Below are positions 37,501 through 50,034 of a stretch of DNA of 64,000 nt, piece after piece; the first letter of the stretch is position 1; every line of letters starts with the position of its first letter. The stretch lies in contig NMRA01000421.1 in assembly GCA_002633005.1 (NCBI GenBank), forward strand, positions 324,171-388,170. The letters run 5' to 3'. Made by a program: the position numbers and the translations under genes. The stretch comes from Phoronis australis. Taxonomy: Eukaryota; Animalia; Phoronida. The notes below the pieces were generated by a model, which was given only the letters and a program-made list of their open reading frames with translations, ran no database searches and had not been told where the DNA came from.

Positions 37501-40500
37501 TGCTTCATTACTTGTTGCTAGTGGCCACTACATTCTCTTCTGATGATGGTGTTTGAATAAATGACACCGAAACATGTCAAATCGACTTAAAACCATTGTT
37601 GTTTTCTTTAATAAATGCTGAAAAGCATTTTTGTTCCATAAGGAAAGATTTTTTTATGAGTAAAAAATTGTAGTGCAGTCGATCCAGTCCCATGAATATT
37701 CATAGGGAGGCAAAGAGGGTCATTGGCAGAAGGTGTCATCACAAAAAAGTGCCAGCTGGTTTCCACTGATTTCATCAGGGGCAGCCCCCCCCCCCCCCAA
37801 AGCAAATCCCTTATAAAATAGAACAAAATGTTTAGTGCCGATTGCCCGAAACGGAGCGGTTTTATTCAAACTAGTAAACATTTCTGAACATATTTATAAA
37901 TTCAGTAATATCGACCACACAGCAACACAAAAATGGGAGTTTTTCGTTCTCATGAAACTATACCTTTGAATTTCGATCTCTTAATAACTTTCATTTGATT
38001 GGAATGTTGTAAAAAGTCCATGCCTATTAACTGTTCCCTGACTTGCTAGAATTACAATGCAGAGTTCATGGAGACGATGCATGGAGGGATTTTTCCCCCC
38101 ACCACCCTTAACAGAACGGCTCGGGGTCCCCTGAAAAGTGTAAGTCCGTCATTGAGATTTTCGAAGAGATACATACTTTTATACAGTTCCGGCTTGAGTT
38201 CTCCAATAGTTTCCATGCTGTGAGTGTCAGAATGTCTCCGGTGAGCTATGTATCCGACGCTCAGTCTCTTGTCCGACGGCATGCGGGGTGGCAGACTTCC
38301 TTTTCTCTCTGGAACATTAACTTAATTATTACATTTTCTTGAAAATTTTCTCTCGACCGTTCACGTCAGACCTATCGATAGACCATTTATTGCGATAGCA
38401 ACAACTGGTGACTTCCGTTGGCAAAAAGGTCCGAGCACTCTCCATGGGAGGAACAACGGTCGAAACATATTTCAATTTCGTGCCCAGTTTTCCCGTAATT
38501 AACAATTTCGCGTTTGCACCATCCCTCAGGGGGATGAATACTTCTGGCAGTGGGTTCCACATCAAATTATCTTTCGTGTATTGAGGCAACAGGTGAACGG
38601 TGAAAACCATTTTCACAATAACTTTCTTAACGCACTGCCATTTTTATTGTAGTTCGTGCTTCAGGTCAAATTACCTAAACTGTCAGTATGAGTAGATTTA
38701 CCGTATTCGAGAAACTGAACGTGAACAGTGCATTAACTTCATGCCATAGCGCGTCCTGTTTAAAAATGTCATTCACGAAATTTATGCTTCACGAGTGCAC
38801 CGAATACAACATTGAAACTGTCCTACGCAAATAATGCACTGAATACAACATTGAAACTGTCCTACGCAAATAATAATTCTGGGCTGCCTTTAATATGGCA
38901 ACTTTTTGCAAGTTTGACGAGGATACGCAAGGAGGTGTCCACATCCGTTACCTGTGGAGCACTTCATCTCCAGGTTTTCATCTCGACATTAATTTGCGTA
39001 ATCGAACGCACCCCCGAGAGTTTCAGTGGCTTTTCAACGACCAGTTCTCGCTCGTCGCATAAAGTTCGGCACAGGCAAATAAGGTATGGATTGAGGAAAT
39101 TAGCGTTCGAGTTTGTTGGATAATGATGAAGTTCATGGCTAGCACTTGACTTGAAAAAGAGTTAGGTGCGACATAATATCGTACATTTTGGTTTCACGAC
39201 ATGTTACACTAAGCTGCCTCTCAGTGGATTAATTTCCTCAGAAATGTATTTCTGTTTATCTCCACGATACAATCTGTGCGTTTTTGTTTTCCAAAAGTCG
39301 GCTTTGAAAAACTGTTACACTAACCACATTACACGAAATTCTTGTCAGATCAGATGACACTCATTCTGCTTAGAATGTTTTTTTCTTAAACATAAAGATA
39401 TTTTAATAAAAACAAGTTTAAGTTTCAGGAATTCGCAAACAAGACGTTACGCAGTACGTTCTCACTTGAATATTGGTTTTAAAATGAGATTAACGCGGAT
39501 GCAAAAACTAGTAAGTAGCTCTTAAATTTGAGGAATCTCGTTGACGGGTGTAACAGTTAGAAAAAGAAAGGCACTGAAAACTAAAAGATTTCCTCAGTTT
39601 CGATGCTCGCCAAGAGACCTCGCACACATTCTTTCGCAGAGACATCAAGGGCAACCAGCTTCTCTCCCCCACAAACCGCACCTGTGTTTTCACGTACAGC
39701 TCGTAATGAAACAAATTTGGGGTTCACAAGAAAAGAAATGTGTTTATAAGAGATTATTCGCGAGAACTGCAGTGCGGTTCGGGAAGTAGGAAGCCAGGTT
39801 ATTCCTGTCACTGTTTCCTCTCTGGTTACAATTAGATTCATACGCTAAGTCAATATGTAAAGCAAATTCGGACAAACTTGCTTTAAACCTTGGAGTTGTT
39901 AGGAGACGGTAACCCTGTGACCGTCATGGGACTTCCAGTTGAAGGCAAAGTTGTTTTATATTTTTTAGAGCCGATCTCAAACACCCATAAGTATAAGTTT
40001 TGGCCAAAAATGCTGTAATGAATAATGAATTAACAGCAGACCATTAGAGTGATAAAAGTAAAAACACGTGAAATATTGATTTTATTATATTCTCAAATTT
40101 TCCAGATCATTGCTCCACGATTGACATTAATGAACGCTAACACGCGTGGCCACATCGTTAGCGATAACGATTAATCGGGGCTCACAGTAGCTCAAAATTC
40201 ACTTCATTCCAGTCACCGCTAGGAGCCAGATAAGTGATTAGCTCGCCTACAGATTGATAGTGTGTTAGTAAAAAGTGTGAATTTCTTAGCAATCGATAGC
40301 ACTCACTTGCTAATTCGTAGTCACTTGTCGAACTTGACAACAAATTACACGAATAAAGTGTGAATATTGCAATTTATAACAGAAGTCATATCGCGCTACT
40401 TTCAATAACACAAAAGCTGGCCTTTAATGTAGAGCGGAAATAGAAGAGGTCGTTTGCTAAAGGATAAACTTGAAATTGCTTACATTGTAAATTATGACAG

Positions 40501-41385
40501 TTAGTTATGGAACTGGGAAATCTAAATGACAAAGTTCTATCACAGCTTACAATCTACTGGGCTCTGGGCGGCATGAGAATTTGTCTCCCTACATGTGAAC
40601 TAAGGCCAGTATAATTAAGGTAACTGAACAGCTGAAACAAGCCTTTGAATGAGACCATTTTAGCACTAAATAGCACCCTAGGTCATCAAATTAAAATGCC
40701 ATTTTTGACAAATTCCTCTTCCTCCTTCGACCCTTATCCGACTCGTATACACAGCACGGACACCCATTCCAATGATTAGAAATCCAAATTTTGAACAAAA
40801 CAAGATTTTCTTGAGACATGATTGTAGTGTGTATTCAACGAAAAAAAAAAAGGTAACTTGCGTATTCCCCGTTCCACTTTCCATGAAACTTATCGCTCAA
40901 CAGTTTGTTTTAGAATTCTTGCATACGTTTACTTACAGTGCAAGTTCTGTATACAAACCCTATAAAAAGCGACGCTGTATAAACTGAAAAACAGCCCACG
41001 GACAGCATCGGTCACACGCGAAACTTGGTAGCCTGCACGTACAGTATAGCCAATACAACGAATATTAAACGTTTGAACATCTCTCTCATTATTAGCCAGG
41101 GCATCACTAAATGCTAGAATACTGTTAATGCCTCTACTCACCGTGAACAGACTGTAAGGAGTCTATATCCGAGTATACACTTAAACAATCGCTGTCTTTC
41201 CTTGGAACATAAAAATCCACGTCCGATGTAATACTGTGTGATCGCAGCTGACAGTCTTTTGTCGGAGCTGGAGTTACATATAGGCTGGGTCTCTTCTGGT
41301 ATAATGTTTCCTTTTCGTCTGTATCATCTTTACGACGATAGCACGACCAGCAGCAGACATATAACTTCGCAATGACGGACTGCAT
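25198..41385 (-). CDS. Synaptotagmin-15-like tandem C2 protein, 410 aa, no transmembrane helix
   Basis: Exons 41142-41385, 38177-38308, 34795-34894, 33228-33567, 27095-27200, 25198-25508 are GT-AG and phase-compatible (1233 nt). Contains the GELKPELYK linker motif, C2A (GSVMFTVQY...DP...PQFDEHFYF...AIGH) and a C2B ending IGRAVLGPFFYS.....QW......W.AL, like SYT15. Confidence 0.88.
27095..27200 (-). CDS. SYT15-like exon 5 (start of C2B)
   Basis: RGRLFMSTAY..QLILKIGRASGL; TAG/GTAAGT boundaries. Confidence 0.88.
27762..27848. repeat. (GT)n/(GTGC)n/(GTAT)n compound microsatellite
   Basis: Directly visible. Confidence 0.9.
28166..29854 (-). mobile_element. Kolobok-like non-autonomous DNA transposon
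   Basis: TTAA TSDs; 15-bp TIR AGGAGAATGCCACCC; THAP-domain remnant inside. Confidence 0.85.
29410..29711 (-). pseudogene. Disrupted THAP (C2CH) zinc-finger sequence from the transposase
   Basis: RCIVPACPNY...FFRLP..*.LRKWL..*...LRVCGRHFVDSDF, with two stops and a frameshift after the ATG. Confidence 0.82.
29965..30140. mobile_element. Extra inverted copy of the Kolobok-like left end
   Basis: Reverse complement of 28166-28345, ending GGTGGCATTCTCCT-TTAA. Confidence 0.85.
30904..31446. mobile_element. TA-target MITE with CACGAACC-rich arms
   Basis: TACCATAGAATC / GATTCTACGGTA termini and ~110-bp imperfect inverted arms. Confidence 0.7.
33228..33567 (-). CDS. SYT15-like exon 4 (C2A core)
   Basis: IKLHLQEAFDLP...YDP...LP...QTTKIV..CLQPQFDEHFYF...LYD...AIGH; donor GTAAAG. 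Confidence 0.9.
34087..34660. mobile_element. Foldback MITE with long imperfect arms
   Basis: CACGCCAGG..GAGACCACGTGACCATCCAC pairs with GTGGATGGCCACGTGGTCTC..CCTGGCGTG; ACTATGGAAAG pairs with CTTTCCATAGT. Confidence 0.7.
34795..34894 (-). CDS. SYT15-like exon 3 (start of C2A)
   Basis: TTTCCAG acceptor, GTACAC donor; GSVMFTVQYESSKK. Confidence 0.82.
35105..35298. repeat. Hairpin-containing interspersed repeat; related copy at 51018-51075
   Basis: 29-bp stem at 35105-35170; GCGAAGTCTTGCTTTTTAGCGAGGTCCTAGCGTTACTG also occurs at 51018. Confidence 0.75.
35634..35932. repeat. (CAGTA)n degenerate pentanucleotide satellite
   Basis: Pure core at about 35806-35852. Confidence 0.92.
36763..36807 (-). 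ncRNA. Minimal type I hammerhead ribozyme (Penelope pLTR), minus-strand copy
   Basis: CUU-CUGAUGA-U-GGUGU(loop)ACACC-GAAAC-AU-GUC-AAG. Confidence 0.75.
37537..37581 (+). ncRNA. Minimal type I hammerhead ribozyme (Penelope pLTR), plus-strand copy
   Basis: CUU-CUGAUGA-U-GGUGU(loop)ACACC-GAAAC-AU-GUC-AAA; stem I weaker than in the other copy. Confidence 0.7.
38177..38308 (-). CDS. SYT15-like exon 2 (...IGELKPELYK)
   Basis: TTCCAG acceptor, GTATGT donor, synaptotagmin linker motif. Confidence 0.87.
38802..38873. repeat. Local tandem duplication (~38-bp unit)
   Basis: GAATACAACATTGAAACTGTCCTACGCAAATAAT occurs twice. Confidence 0.9.
41142..41385 (-). CDS. SYT15-like exon 1 (MQSVIAKLYVCCWSCYRRK...)
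   Basis: ATG preceded by an in-frame TAA; donor GTGAGT; phase 1. Confidence 0.78.
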
Positions 41386-43973
41386 GACTTATCTGTGCGA
41401 CCTCCGGCATCGGTTGTAACTTTCACACAATTCACTTAGTTGGCCAACCAATGGTAGAGCCGCGAACGTTTATTGGAGATTTCGCTAGGTTACAGGGTGT
41501 CTCGAAACAACATTTCACAGCGCTGCAAAACAAAAATGTCACGTTTCATCTCAATAAATATGCTCCATGTACAACTTTATTTTCTAAAACCTGCAACTAA
41601 CACCGTGACCCTAGTCTAAATAATTAGCAAAACTATAGCAAAACGTGATTTCTGATAGAAACAAGTCAGGAGACGGCCTTGGCGTCCATCTCCATGGTAA
41701 CAATGGGTGCCAATTTGCACAGAAGAAAATCAACTGACAGTTTTCATTTATCTATATTTTATATACATGCAATGACTACAAACAAAAAGATAAATCAAAA
41801 GGTTCACATTTCGCCACCACACGTTACAGAACAAAATTTCAAAAAATTCCCCGTACCCCCAGAGTTGCTACGTGCAATACTCTCATTCCGCTCAACTAAA
41901 CCCCTTCTTCAAGCATTTTCTGTCCCGGATACTAACTAACAATTTACAGGGGAAAATTACCGAAATTGTTTTAATTATCGCCAAGAGTTACAAATTCGAT
42001 GTTTTGGGTTTTAAAATAACGTAAAACTAACGTTCATCTGCGGCAACACTTTAGGGAGGCTTCCGGGTCCATTCAAGGTTAGTCGCGCTTGCTGGTTCAG
42101 GAGATTTCATCAAGAGTTTTCAAAATTTCTAAATACATTTTTGGGTTAAAGGATTTGAAGACTCCTATTAGTCTAGTTACACTTGGCATCGGCTACTTGA
42201 AGGGTAAAACATGGTTTTGTGTTATTTCAAAGAGACATGACAGACTAACTAAAACGTAAATTATAAATAAGGTTTTCAACCACAAAAGCACGCCAACTCT
42301 ACTTTCCATTACATATTAGAAAGAAAACAACTTCCGTTCCCTAAAAAGCAATCCGTACTGTACAAAGATAAACGAAAGCCATCGATTTTGACAGGGTCAG
42401 CTCCTCAAAAACATGTGGAAGTTTATATCAATCCCAGGTCTCTCCACTCCTTTAGACAGTTTAATTTTAAACTCTAATCGTGGCCAGGAAACTTGGAGCA
42501 CAGTGATTGAGATTACCGGTCAATTTCACGATTTTCATGTTTATGCCAGCGGAGATAATTGGGAATTTAAAGTACAAATTAAGTTTCCATTTAATTTATG
42601 AGTAGATAATTATCCAATGTCGGCATGAATGCAGAAACGAAAACCGACGCAGGCAGGACTAACTAGTTTCCAACACTTGCATGGTAGGCCCACTGTTGCG
42701 TTTTCTAATAAAAGCTGATAATTAATTTTATGCAATGAATAACGCTGCTGGACAGAATTATACGTCTTTGCGGATGAAACTGTTTATTTTCCAGAACTAG
42801 GCGCGTGTACCGTAAACATAATGATGTGTTTGGCATTAACTGCTCCCAGACACCAAAGATAAACGACAAAATCTGTGTGGGATTGTGTTGGTGAATGAGA
42901 AATACCTCTGTCACCACGGACAATAGATCGGTACAGTTTATCTGATAAATGTTCGCAAAACTGTAAATTAATAGTAATTAAAGTTCTTCGCCACGCTGAC
43001 GCTTCTAAGCATGATTTTATGGCTGAGGTTGTGACAACAGTGAAGCTGTGATATGAGATGATTCAGAAAAATTCAATGATAAATTTATTACCCAAATAAA
43101 ACCTTTGTAGATAATTCCGCGTCCAACATTTGAAGACAAAACAATGTGTAAACGGAACGGAATGCCAAATGCTTTCTACCGTTCAATTGTAAACTTGTGT
43201 TGTGTTCCTTTGTTTTAATAACTTGAAGCAGTTGAATAAATTAATAACTAAACAATTTCAAAAGTGACCAATCAAGTATTCACTTACAGCAGTATGTAGC
43301 TACTTCATGAACTCTCTAATTTTAAAATAGATTTAATCCGTATTCTTTTTAAACCTTTAATTTAGCAAAACAATCCTTAAGAATATAGATTCATGCCGAG
43401 GTAGATATATGGCTAGAGGACGACTAAATAATTTAAACTATCTCTCGATATAAAACACACAGGCTTAAAAGGATACAAAACTATTTCATTAAGATAATGG
43501 TGTGCGCAGTACGACAATCCCGTGGAAGGGGGCTGTGTAACAATTTAAAGTTGTATTTTCTTTCCTTAACAGTATGTAAATTTACGATGGTTCACCGAAG
43601 TATGTTTTGCAAACATAATGTTGACACATTAATGATGTCTTGCGCAATATAATAATTGTGGGAAACTTTCAGCTGTCAAATTGTAGTCAAGTAATTACCT
43701 GTACTTGTCTGAATAACTGCCCAAGATTGCTGTTCATGAATTTGTAATTTTAAAGTCTGCCCGAGGTGAATATGTGACACAGTTGGGACACCATCATGAT
43801 AATAATTTACGTACTAAGTATTCAGTTGGCCTGGTAATTCCGTCATTTTCTTTTGTTTTTTATGAATCACTTTGTTTAATCCAAAACCCCTTATATCTTG
43901 GTGGTAATTACCAGCCCAAAATGCAGTGCCTAATCTATTTCATGACATTATTAGTCTGGATTACCCGGCGTCT

Positions 43974-46783
43974 TATCCACTATTTTAATACTCATGTCCC
44001 ATCCACATTTTATCCATTAGTTTATATTTGATATTGCTGCATGATGCCTGACTAAGAAGCCACCTGATTTGTGATGTCACGCTGTGATCAATCACCGGGA
44101 TCCGGGGTCTAATATTTTTAATCCAAATAAAACTTTTTGAAATTTCTTATTCTTCTTTTGTGCGAACTCAAGATACGTGTCTATCATTCTAAGCGCGCGT
44201 ACGTAATGGCTTGCGTAAATAACAGTCTAATTGTATTTTGCGCTTGATGACACCCGCAGTAACACTTATAGTTCGAATCTAAAATGGAATTTTGAATTTC
44301 TACTGGAAATCTCGATGTTTTACTGGAGTTTGTTACTCGAATCTACGGGTTATCTAATACAAATTTGGACTAACAATCATTTGCATCAACCATAATGCAA
44401 AGGGATAATTTACATGCGAGGGAATCAGAGAAAATGAAGCGCATTTATCAAAATGGAAAATGGTGGCATGACATTTCTTTTGATGCCCGATATGACATGC
44501 TTTTTTAGTCTGAAAATGCCACATGTGGTAACATGGAAGATAACTCTGACCACATATCAGTAAGATAATGCTAGAATTGGCTGAAGGAATAGCTGAGTTT
44601 GATTGTAGTGTTTGCCAAGAAATGAAAATCCGTGGTAGTTTTTTGGCCAGTTAGGAAATCTCCAACTCTACAGCGGTGGGCCAGGAATTTAAAAAATGTG
44701 CGATGGGGTCGCGGGGGTGAGATGGTGACAGAAGTTGGAAAAACACGATGAGCCACCGAAAGAAACAACATCGATAGAAACTGGTCCGGACGCTTCGGTC
44801 ATTTGCAGTAAAATTGTTTGAAGTAAGAGTGCATGCGGTGTGGTTGGAAATAAGGTTCCGCGGCAATGGCTTTATGTGTGTCTAGTGTCCAGTGTGCGGA
44901 AAGCGTGCGCGCCAACGATAGATTTCCACGACCCTGTATGTTCTATGAGCTTCAAAGCTGATGTGGGGCAATCAGTGCTGTAGAGTGGCGTAGGCGCACG
45001 TAGGCGGAGCCAACCACCTTTTGGCATTAGGACGTAAGTTACGCTGAGTGATACGTTGGGCTTTGTGCGCCTTCTAGCCTCTAATTTTACCACTTCAGCA
45101 CTGGGGGCAATGCAACAGACAAAGAGCGTATTGTTTAAACGGATATAAAACCTGTGTGCTCACCTTATTCCTTACTCAAGTTAGAAATGATTTCTACTAG
45201 GCTTGAGATGAACACGCAAGCATCTCGTTATTGCTTCTTATCAGCTTCATTGTTTGCGAAGAATTGTTTTAACACCGTAACATAACGTTTATAGCGGGTT
45301 TAATAGTCATGGTCGAACACTGCCACCTTTCGGGGATACTTACACNTATCCACTATTTTAATACTCATGTCCCATCCACATTTTATCCATTAGTTTATAT
45401 TTGATATTGCTGCATGATGCCAGACTAAGAAGCCAGCTGATTTGTGATGTCACGCTGTGATCAATCACCGGGATCCGGGGTCTAATATTTTTAGTCCAAA
45501 TAAAACTTTTTGAAATTTCTTATTCTTCTTTTGTGCGAACTCAAGATACGTGTCTATCATTCTAAGCGCGCGTACGTAATGGCTTGCGTAAATAACAGTC
45601 TAATTATATTTTGCGCTTGGTGACACCCGCAATAACACTTATAGTTCGAATCTAAAATGGAATTTTGAATTTCTACTGGAAATCTCGATTTTTTATTGGA
45701 GTTTGTTGCTCGAGTCTAGGGGTCATCTAATGCAAAATTGGACTAAAAATCATTTGCATCAACCATAATGCAAAGGGATAATTTACATGTGAGGGAATCA
45801 GAGAAAATGAAGCGCATTTATCAAAATGGAAAATGGTGGCATGACATTTCTTTTGATGCCCGATATGACATGCTTTTTTAGTCTGAAAATGCCACATGTG
45901 GTAACATGGAAGATAACTCTGACCACATATCAGTACATGTAAGATAATGCTAGAATTGGCTGAAGGAATAGATAGCTGAGTGTGATTGTAGTGTTTGCCA
46001 AGAAATGAAAATCCGTGGTAGCTTTTTGGCCAGTTAGGATATCTCCAACTCTAGAGCGGTGGGCCAGGAATTTATAAAATGTGCGATGGGGTCGCGGGGG
46101 TGAGATGGTGACAGAAGTTGGAAAAACACGATGAGCCACCGAAAGAAACAACATCGATAGAAACTGGTCCGGACGTTTCGGTCTCTTGCAGTAAAATTGT
46201 TTGAAGTAAAAGTGCATGCGGTGTGGTTGGAAATAAGGTTCCGCGGCACTGGCTTTATGTATGTCTAGTGTCCAGTGTGCGGAAAGCGTGCGCGCCTACG
46301 ATAGATTTCCACGACCCTGTATGTTCTATGAGCTTCAAAGCTGATGTGGGGCAATCAGTGCTGTAGAGTGGCGTAGGCGCACGTAGGCGGAGCCAACCAC
46401 CTTTTGGCATTAGGACGTAAGTTACGCTGAGTGCTCATGGTGATACGTTGGGCTTTGTGCGCCTTCTAGCCTCTAATTTTACCACTTCAGCACTGGGGGC
46501 AATGCAACAGACACAGAGCGTATTTTTTAAACGGATATAAAACCTGTGCTTTTTGTCAAAACGCGTAGTTCGACCACTTTCCGCTTTAAGATAGGTCTCA
46601 CCTTATTCCTTACTCAAGTTAGAAATGATTTCTACTAGGCTTGAGATGAACACGCAAGCATCTCGTTATTGCTTCTTATCAACTTCATTGTTTGCGAAGA
46701 ATTGTTTTAACACCGTAACATAACGTTTATAGCGGGTTTAATAGTCATGGTCGAACACTGCCACCTTTCGGGGATACTTACAC
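43974..46783. repeat. ~1.4-kb tandem pair joined by a single N (43974-45345 / 45347-46783); probable haplotype artefact
   Basis: Near-identical copies with SNPs and indels; the junction is exactly at N45346. Confidence 0.9.
44973..45103. mobile_element. hAT MITE, same family as 23022-23140; duplicate copy at 46356-46495
   Basis: CAGTGCTG..CAGCACTG termini; 8-bp TSD GGGGCAAT. Confidence 0.9.
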
Positions 46784-48814
46784 AAGAGATGTGTGCTGCC
46801 GGGGTTTGTCAATCAAATGGCAATTTCACGACCAGTTTCACTCCGAAACGAATTACTTTGCAGGTTCATCTTTTCCACAGTATTCTAAATCAAAGTTTCA
46901 AGTTCCACTTAGGTCTGATGTGCTTTGCCACCACTCAATGGGTTGTTTATTGAATTGTAATCCAACAAATAAACATTTTAGAGGCCCCGAAAATGATGTT
47001 GGGATTATCACACAACTATGAAAGTATGACTTTTGAAAACAATTCCACTATCAAGTCTTTAAGGTTCCAACGGCGCGCGCCGTCAAACGAAAAGCCGACT
47101 ACCCCTCCCCCGGGAGCCGCAACTTCTCATGAAATGCGCACCCATAATTTTCGGAGTGGTGAAAAGATCAATGGTACTTCTCTAGGTATCATTCGCAGAA
47201 TACCTTTAGCTAATCAATGACGTGATTTCCCGTTATTTATCAGGACCTAATTCTGATTTTACATCAGATTTATTGAGAAGAAAATGCATTGGAAACGGAT
47301 GCGCCTTAACGTCCTATTGATTTTTCATTGTAACAGAGGACGTAGTGATGTTTTGAAGCATTTTCAACTGTAAAAATTGAATAGTTGATGCAGTACTCTT
47401 TTGTGTAAAACTGGCGTTGATCGTTACCTCTATCAGAATAAAAATGAGTTCCTTTTTGCAACAAAGGCGCAATTTTTATAGTGACAGGCTGCAGTTTAAA
47501 GTACACGCGACCTTCGGGCGCACAAAAATGAACGAAGCTTTCCTGATGCCCACCGACACATGTTATTAACTAGAAAAACGATCATTTTACCCCCGACTAC
47601 ACAATTTCGACAGATGAAATGCCAATAGCAGGTCAGACCTTTATCCCCTGTTTCGCTCCCCCGCCATACTTATTTCGAGCAGAGTTACTTCAGCTTTGGC
47701 AAAATTCATCAAAAGCATTTCGATGTGCAGGGGGTCGGATGATAAAGGATTTTCTCGAAAGTGCAGCCTGCATCTAATTTCATTGAAACATCATGACTTT
47801 CTTACTGGAGTTAGATTTTGGTTAACGAGACATAAAATAGTAAACTAAAACACTAAACAAAGGTATGAATTGAATTGTCTACCAGTGAAATAATTGATTG
47901 CCTAGACAGTATTTGGGAGTGTTAAACTGTTTTCATCTGTTTTATCCTCGTGCTTGGACATGCGAATATTTGAGTCTGGAGAAGCGCGAGTAGATTAGGC
48001 CAACTAAGTGCTGCCGATCGTCACGTGTGCATAGCGGAACCATCCCTCATGAAAAGCAAGTCCAAACACGAGGTTTGGTACTACCAGAGAAAGTGTTGTG
48101 ATTGATGTCGTTTCTGGTACATGTTTTCAGTTACTATTTTACCATTTAGCATAGTAAAGCACAAGCACTCCAATAAAGGGACTCATGCCTACTTGTACAG
48201 AAATTACACATTTTCAATACTGATTCGATTACAGTCGGATTTAAGGGAGACGGCCGTCATGATGACGTATTCAAGGCTTACGCAGACATTCCCCCTTCGA
48301 AAACTGATGTTCCCCCCTGCCGCAGACAAAGCAATAAGTGTGAACTTAAGACACCCTAGATCAACGGTGTTGGTCAAATAATCACAGTGTACGCCAGTTT
48401 AGAGCGTTACATGTTTGTTACCCTTAGCTCGAGACTGGTCACTTTACCCTTGACGAAGTAAGCTTGTGTAGACCTATCCACGGTCATTTGATGCAAGATC
48501 GCCATTTGTCATTTGTCTGACGTTTAGTACTTTTTAGTACCCGGCCTAAGGAGCGCCTACAATTACAAAGCATGCTCGTTTGTTCAGGTTGACATACGAT
48601 GTCACGAGGGTAGGGAACCCAAACTACACTTTCCAAAAAGCAAACCTCAGTTCCGGGGAGTCCTAATAACAGCATGCCGGCCGCGCCGTGTTTAGTAAAG
48701 CCCCCCCCCCTTTCGTAAAATGCCGTCAATATGTTATTAAATAATACGTATTTAAGCACTTTATATATAGATATTTAAAAATCGCATAGTATCGAATAGT
48801 TTGCATTGAATTAC

Positions 48815-48875
48815 TGTGTGCGTGCGCGTATGTGCGTGCGCGTGTGTGCGTGGGTGTATGTGCGTGCGCGTGTGT
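48815..48875. repeat. (GTGC)n/(GT)n microsatellite
   Basis: Directly visible. Confidence 0.9.
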
Positions 48876-49591
48876 CCGATGTGCGTTACGATATCATTAC
48901 ATTGTATGATTCCGGCAGTCCGAATACACTCGTAATGGAATCAACTTCTTTAAAAGCCCATAGTATCCTCCAATTTTGCAGGACATAAAACATTTTGAGA
49001 TCTCGCAATAGCGGCCTCATTATTTGACAGAAAGTTATTGTACTTAGTGTTAAACTAATTAATTTTCCGTGAACGGACATTATTGCTCGGAAGCATGTTC
49101 AAAACGGTTGAAGCTTTCATTTCTTTCCTTTATTCGCAACCGTGAATATATACGACTTACACTGCGAGATAATTGCTCAACAGTAGATTTAATTATCCAA
49201 TAATATGTAAATTGAAAATGTCACTCTGCTCACGTTATATGACTTCCGCGCGTATAATCAGTGGACGTCGGTGATAACACCAATCCACAGTTGTTGATTG
49301 CAAAGTGATCCCCTGTTTGCCACATGATGACGTCAGTTGAGCTGATTTACGACAGGTATGTCGTGCGAAATAAGCAAGATGGCAGAGATGGTCAAAATTG
49401 TGTTATCGTTGAAAACGTCGCACACTGAGGGTTATTTTTGTGCACATCATTTCTATAGTTATCTTTAGCGGTAAATCCCGACAGGAAGGGAGGGTATTCA
49501 CTTGAATTCTTTGACATGGTATGATACAACTGTGAAATACCTGTTCTGTCCCCAATCTATAGTTCAAAATGTGCGTAGTCCTAGTAAAGGC

Positions 49592-49771
49592 NNNNNNNNN
49601 NNNNNNNNNNNNNNNNNNNNNNNNNNNNNNNNNNNNNNNNNNNNNNNNNNNNNNNNNNNNNNNNNNNNNNNNNNNNNNNNNNNNNNNNNNNNNNNNNNNN
49701 NNNNNNNNNNNNNNNNNNNNNNNNNNNNNNNNNNNNNNNNNNNNNNNNNNNNNNNNNNNNNNNNNNNNNNN
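49592..49771. other. Assembly gap (180 N)
   Basis: Run of N. Confidence 0.99.
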
Positions 49772-50034
49772 ATCTTTTAGGCTGAGTGAGCCCATGAGAC
49801 CGAAGATAAGTTTGCACGAACAAAACGAACTTTACGTTAGTACGTCTATGGACCGTTCGGACAATAAGACCCTTCAGATTAACAGACTAACACGACCGTG
49901 TGCACTGTAAATAAATACTTAGAAGAACCAACGTAGGTGGACCGGGTACGTTTCTCAACGGTTGTCTCCCACACAAACCAGAATAATGTTGGTGCATCGT
50001 CAACTCAACAATTGACAACAAAAAAAACAGTTAA

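Larger units (their letters stand above)
36731..37610 (+). mobile_element. 5'-truncated Penelope-like retroelement (RT C-terminus + GIY-YIG) with inverted pseudo-LTRs
   Basis: LIDRVYRI...L.KNGYP and VVYKFIC.GC..SYIGET.R.L..R..EH...EALHI...PNLN, with stops and frameshifts. 36731-36823 is the reverse complement of 37521-37610. Confidence 0.93.

Noticed and set aside
44571-46249. Duplicated small ORFs suggesting a tandem gene pair
   Set aside because: They lie in the N-joined haplotype duplicate, with no splice or homology support.
49403-49910. ORFs spanning the N run
   Set aside because: Artefacts of the assembly gap.
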